Shown one piece after another: positions 62,744 through 64,000 of a DNA stretch of 64,000 nucleotides; the stretch's first letter is position 1; the number at the start of each line of letters is the position of its first letter. The stretch comes from the human T2T-CHM13v2.0 reference genome, Homo sapiens. The position numbers were made by a program, and so were the translations under genes. The notes beneath the pieces are model-generated. The model made no database searches. It was not told the DNA's origin and saw only the letters and a list, made by a program, of their open reading frames with translations. The stretch is taken from assembly GCF_009914755.1 (NCBI RefSeq), contig NC_060932.1. One strand, 5' to 3'.

Positions 62744-64000
62744 CAGCCGAATTCTACCAGAGGTACAAAGAGGAGCTGGTACCATTTCTTCAGAAACTAT
62801 TCCAAATAATAGAAATAGAGGGATTCCTCTCTACTCACTTTTATGAAGCCAGCATCATCCTGATACCAAAACCTGCCAGAGATACTACAAAAAAAATAAA
62901 TAAAATTTCAGGCCAATATCCCTGATGAACATTGATGTGAAAATCCTCAATAAAATACTGGCAAACAGAATCCAGCAGCATATCAAAAAGCTCATCCACC
63001 ACAATCAAGTTGGCTTCATCCCTGGGATGCAAGGCTGGTTCAACATATGCAAATCAATAAACGGAATCCATCACATAAACAGAACCAATGACCAAAACCA
63101 CGATTATCTCAATAGATCCAGAAAAGGCCTTCAATGAAATTCAACACCACTTTATGCTAAAAACTCTCAATGAACTAGGTATTGATGGAATGCATCTGAA
63201 AATAATAAGAGCTGTTTATGACAAACCCACAGACAATATCATAATGAATGGGTAAAATCTGGACACATTCCCTTTGAAAACTGGCACAAGGCAAGGATGC
63301 CCTCTCTCACCACTCCTATTCAACATAATATTGGACGTTCTGGACAGGGCAATTAGGCAAGAGAAAGAAATAAAGCGTATTCAAATAGGAAGAGAGGAAG
63401 TCAAATTGTCTCTGTTTGCAGATGACATGATTATATATTTAGAAAACCCCATTGTCTCAGCCCAAAATCTCCTTAAGCTGATAATCAACTACAGGAAAGT
63501 CTCAGGATACAAAATCAATGTGTGAAAATCACAAGCATTCCTATACACCAATAATAGACAAAAAGAGAGCCAAATCATTAGTGAACCCCCTTTCACAATT
63601 GCTACAAAGAGAATAAAATACTTAGGAATACCACTTACAAGGGATATGAAGGACCTCTTCAAGGAGAATGACTAACCACTGCTTAAGGAAATAAGAGGGG
63701 ACACAAACAAATGGAAAAACATTCCATGCTCATGGATAGGAAGAATCAATATTGTGAAAATGGTTACAGATTCAATGCTATCTCCATCAAGCTACCACTG
63801 ACTTTCTTCACAGAATTAGAAAAAACTATTTTAAATTTCATATGGAACCAAAAAAGAGCCCGTATAGCCAAGATAAGCCTAAGCAAAAAGAATAAAGCTG
63901 GAGGCATCATGCTACCTGACTTGAAACTATACTACAAGACTACAGTAACCAAAATAGCATAGTACCAAAACAGATATATAGATCAATGGAACAAACAGAG
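62744..64000 (+). mobile_element. Inverted L1 ORF2 segment (5' inversion of the same insertion), runs off the window
   Basis: [11 protein letters not shown]...[13 protein letters not shown]...LFADDMIIY on + strand, directly abutting the minus-strand 3' segment. Confidence 0.88.

Overview
Primate (human-like) genomic DNA, mostly transposable-element relics; nothing prokaryotic and no recognisable intact host gene. Two complete two-LTR class I proviruses lie on the + strand, both with TSDs and decayed ORFs. The first is HERV9/LTR12F-type (143-7439, PBS tRNA-Arg, TSD GTAA); its integrase and env SU are replaced by an AG tract plus a compacted HERV-I-like pol skeleton. The second is HERV-E (19675-28309, PBS tRNA-Glu, TSD ATAC). 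The best lead is a predicted in-frame three-exon chimera, unique exon 12315-12442 + HERV-E 5' LTR exon 19821-19946 + HERV-E pol exon from 23509, giving a 331-aa ORF. This comes from splice signals and phase only; there is no expression evidence. The rest is Alus, MaLR/ERVL LTRs, DNA-transposon MITEs, L2 and nested L1s, including an internally deleted L1PA, a twin-priming inverted L1 and a 241-bp tandem duplication. Repeat family names are from recalled consensus sequences and need RepeatMasker/Dfam confirmation.
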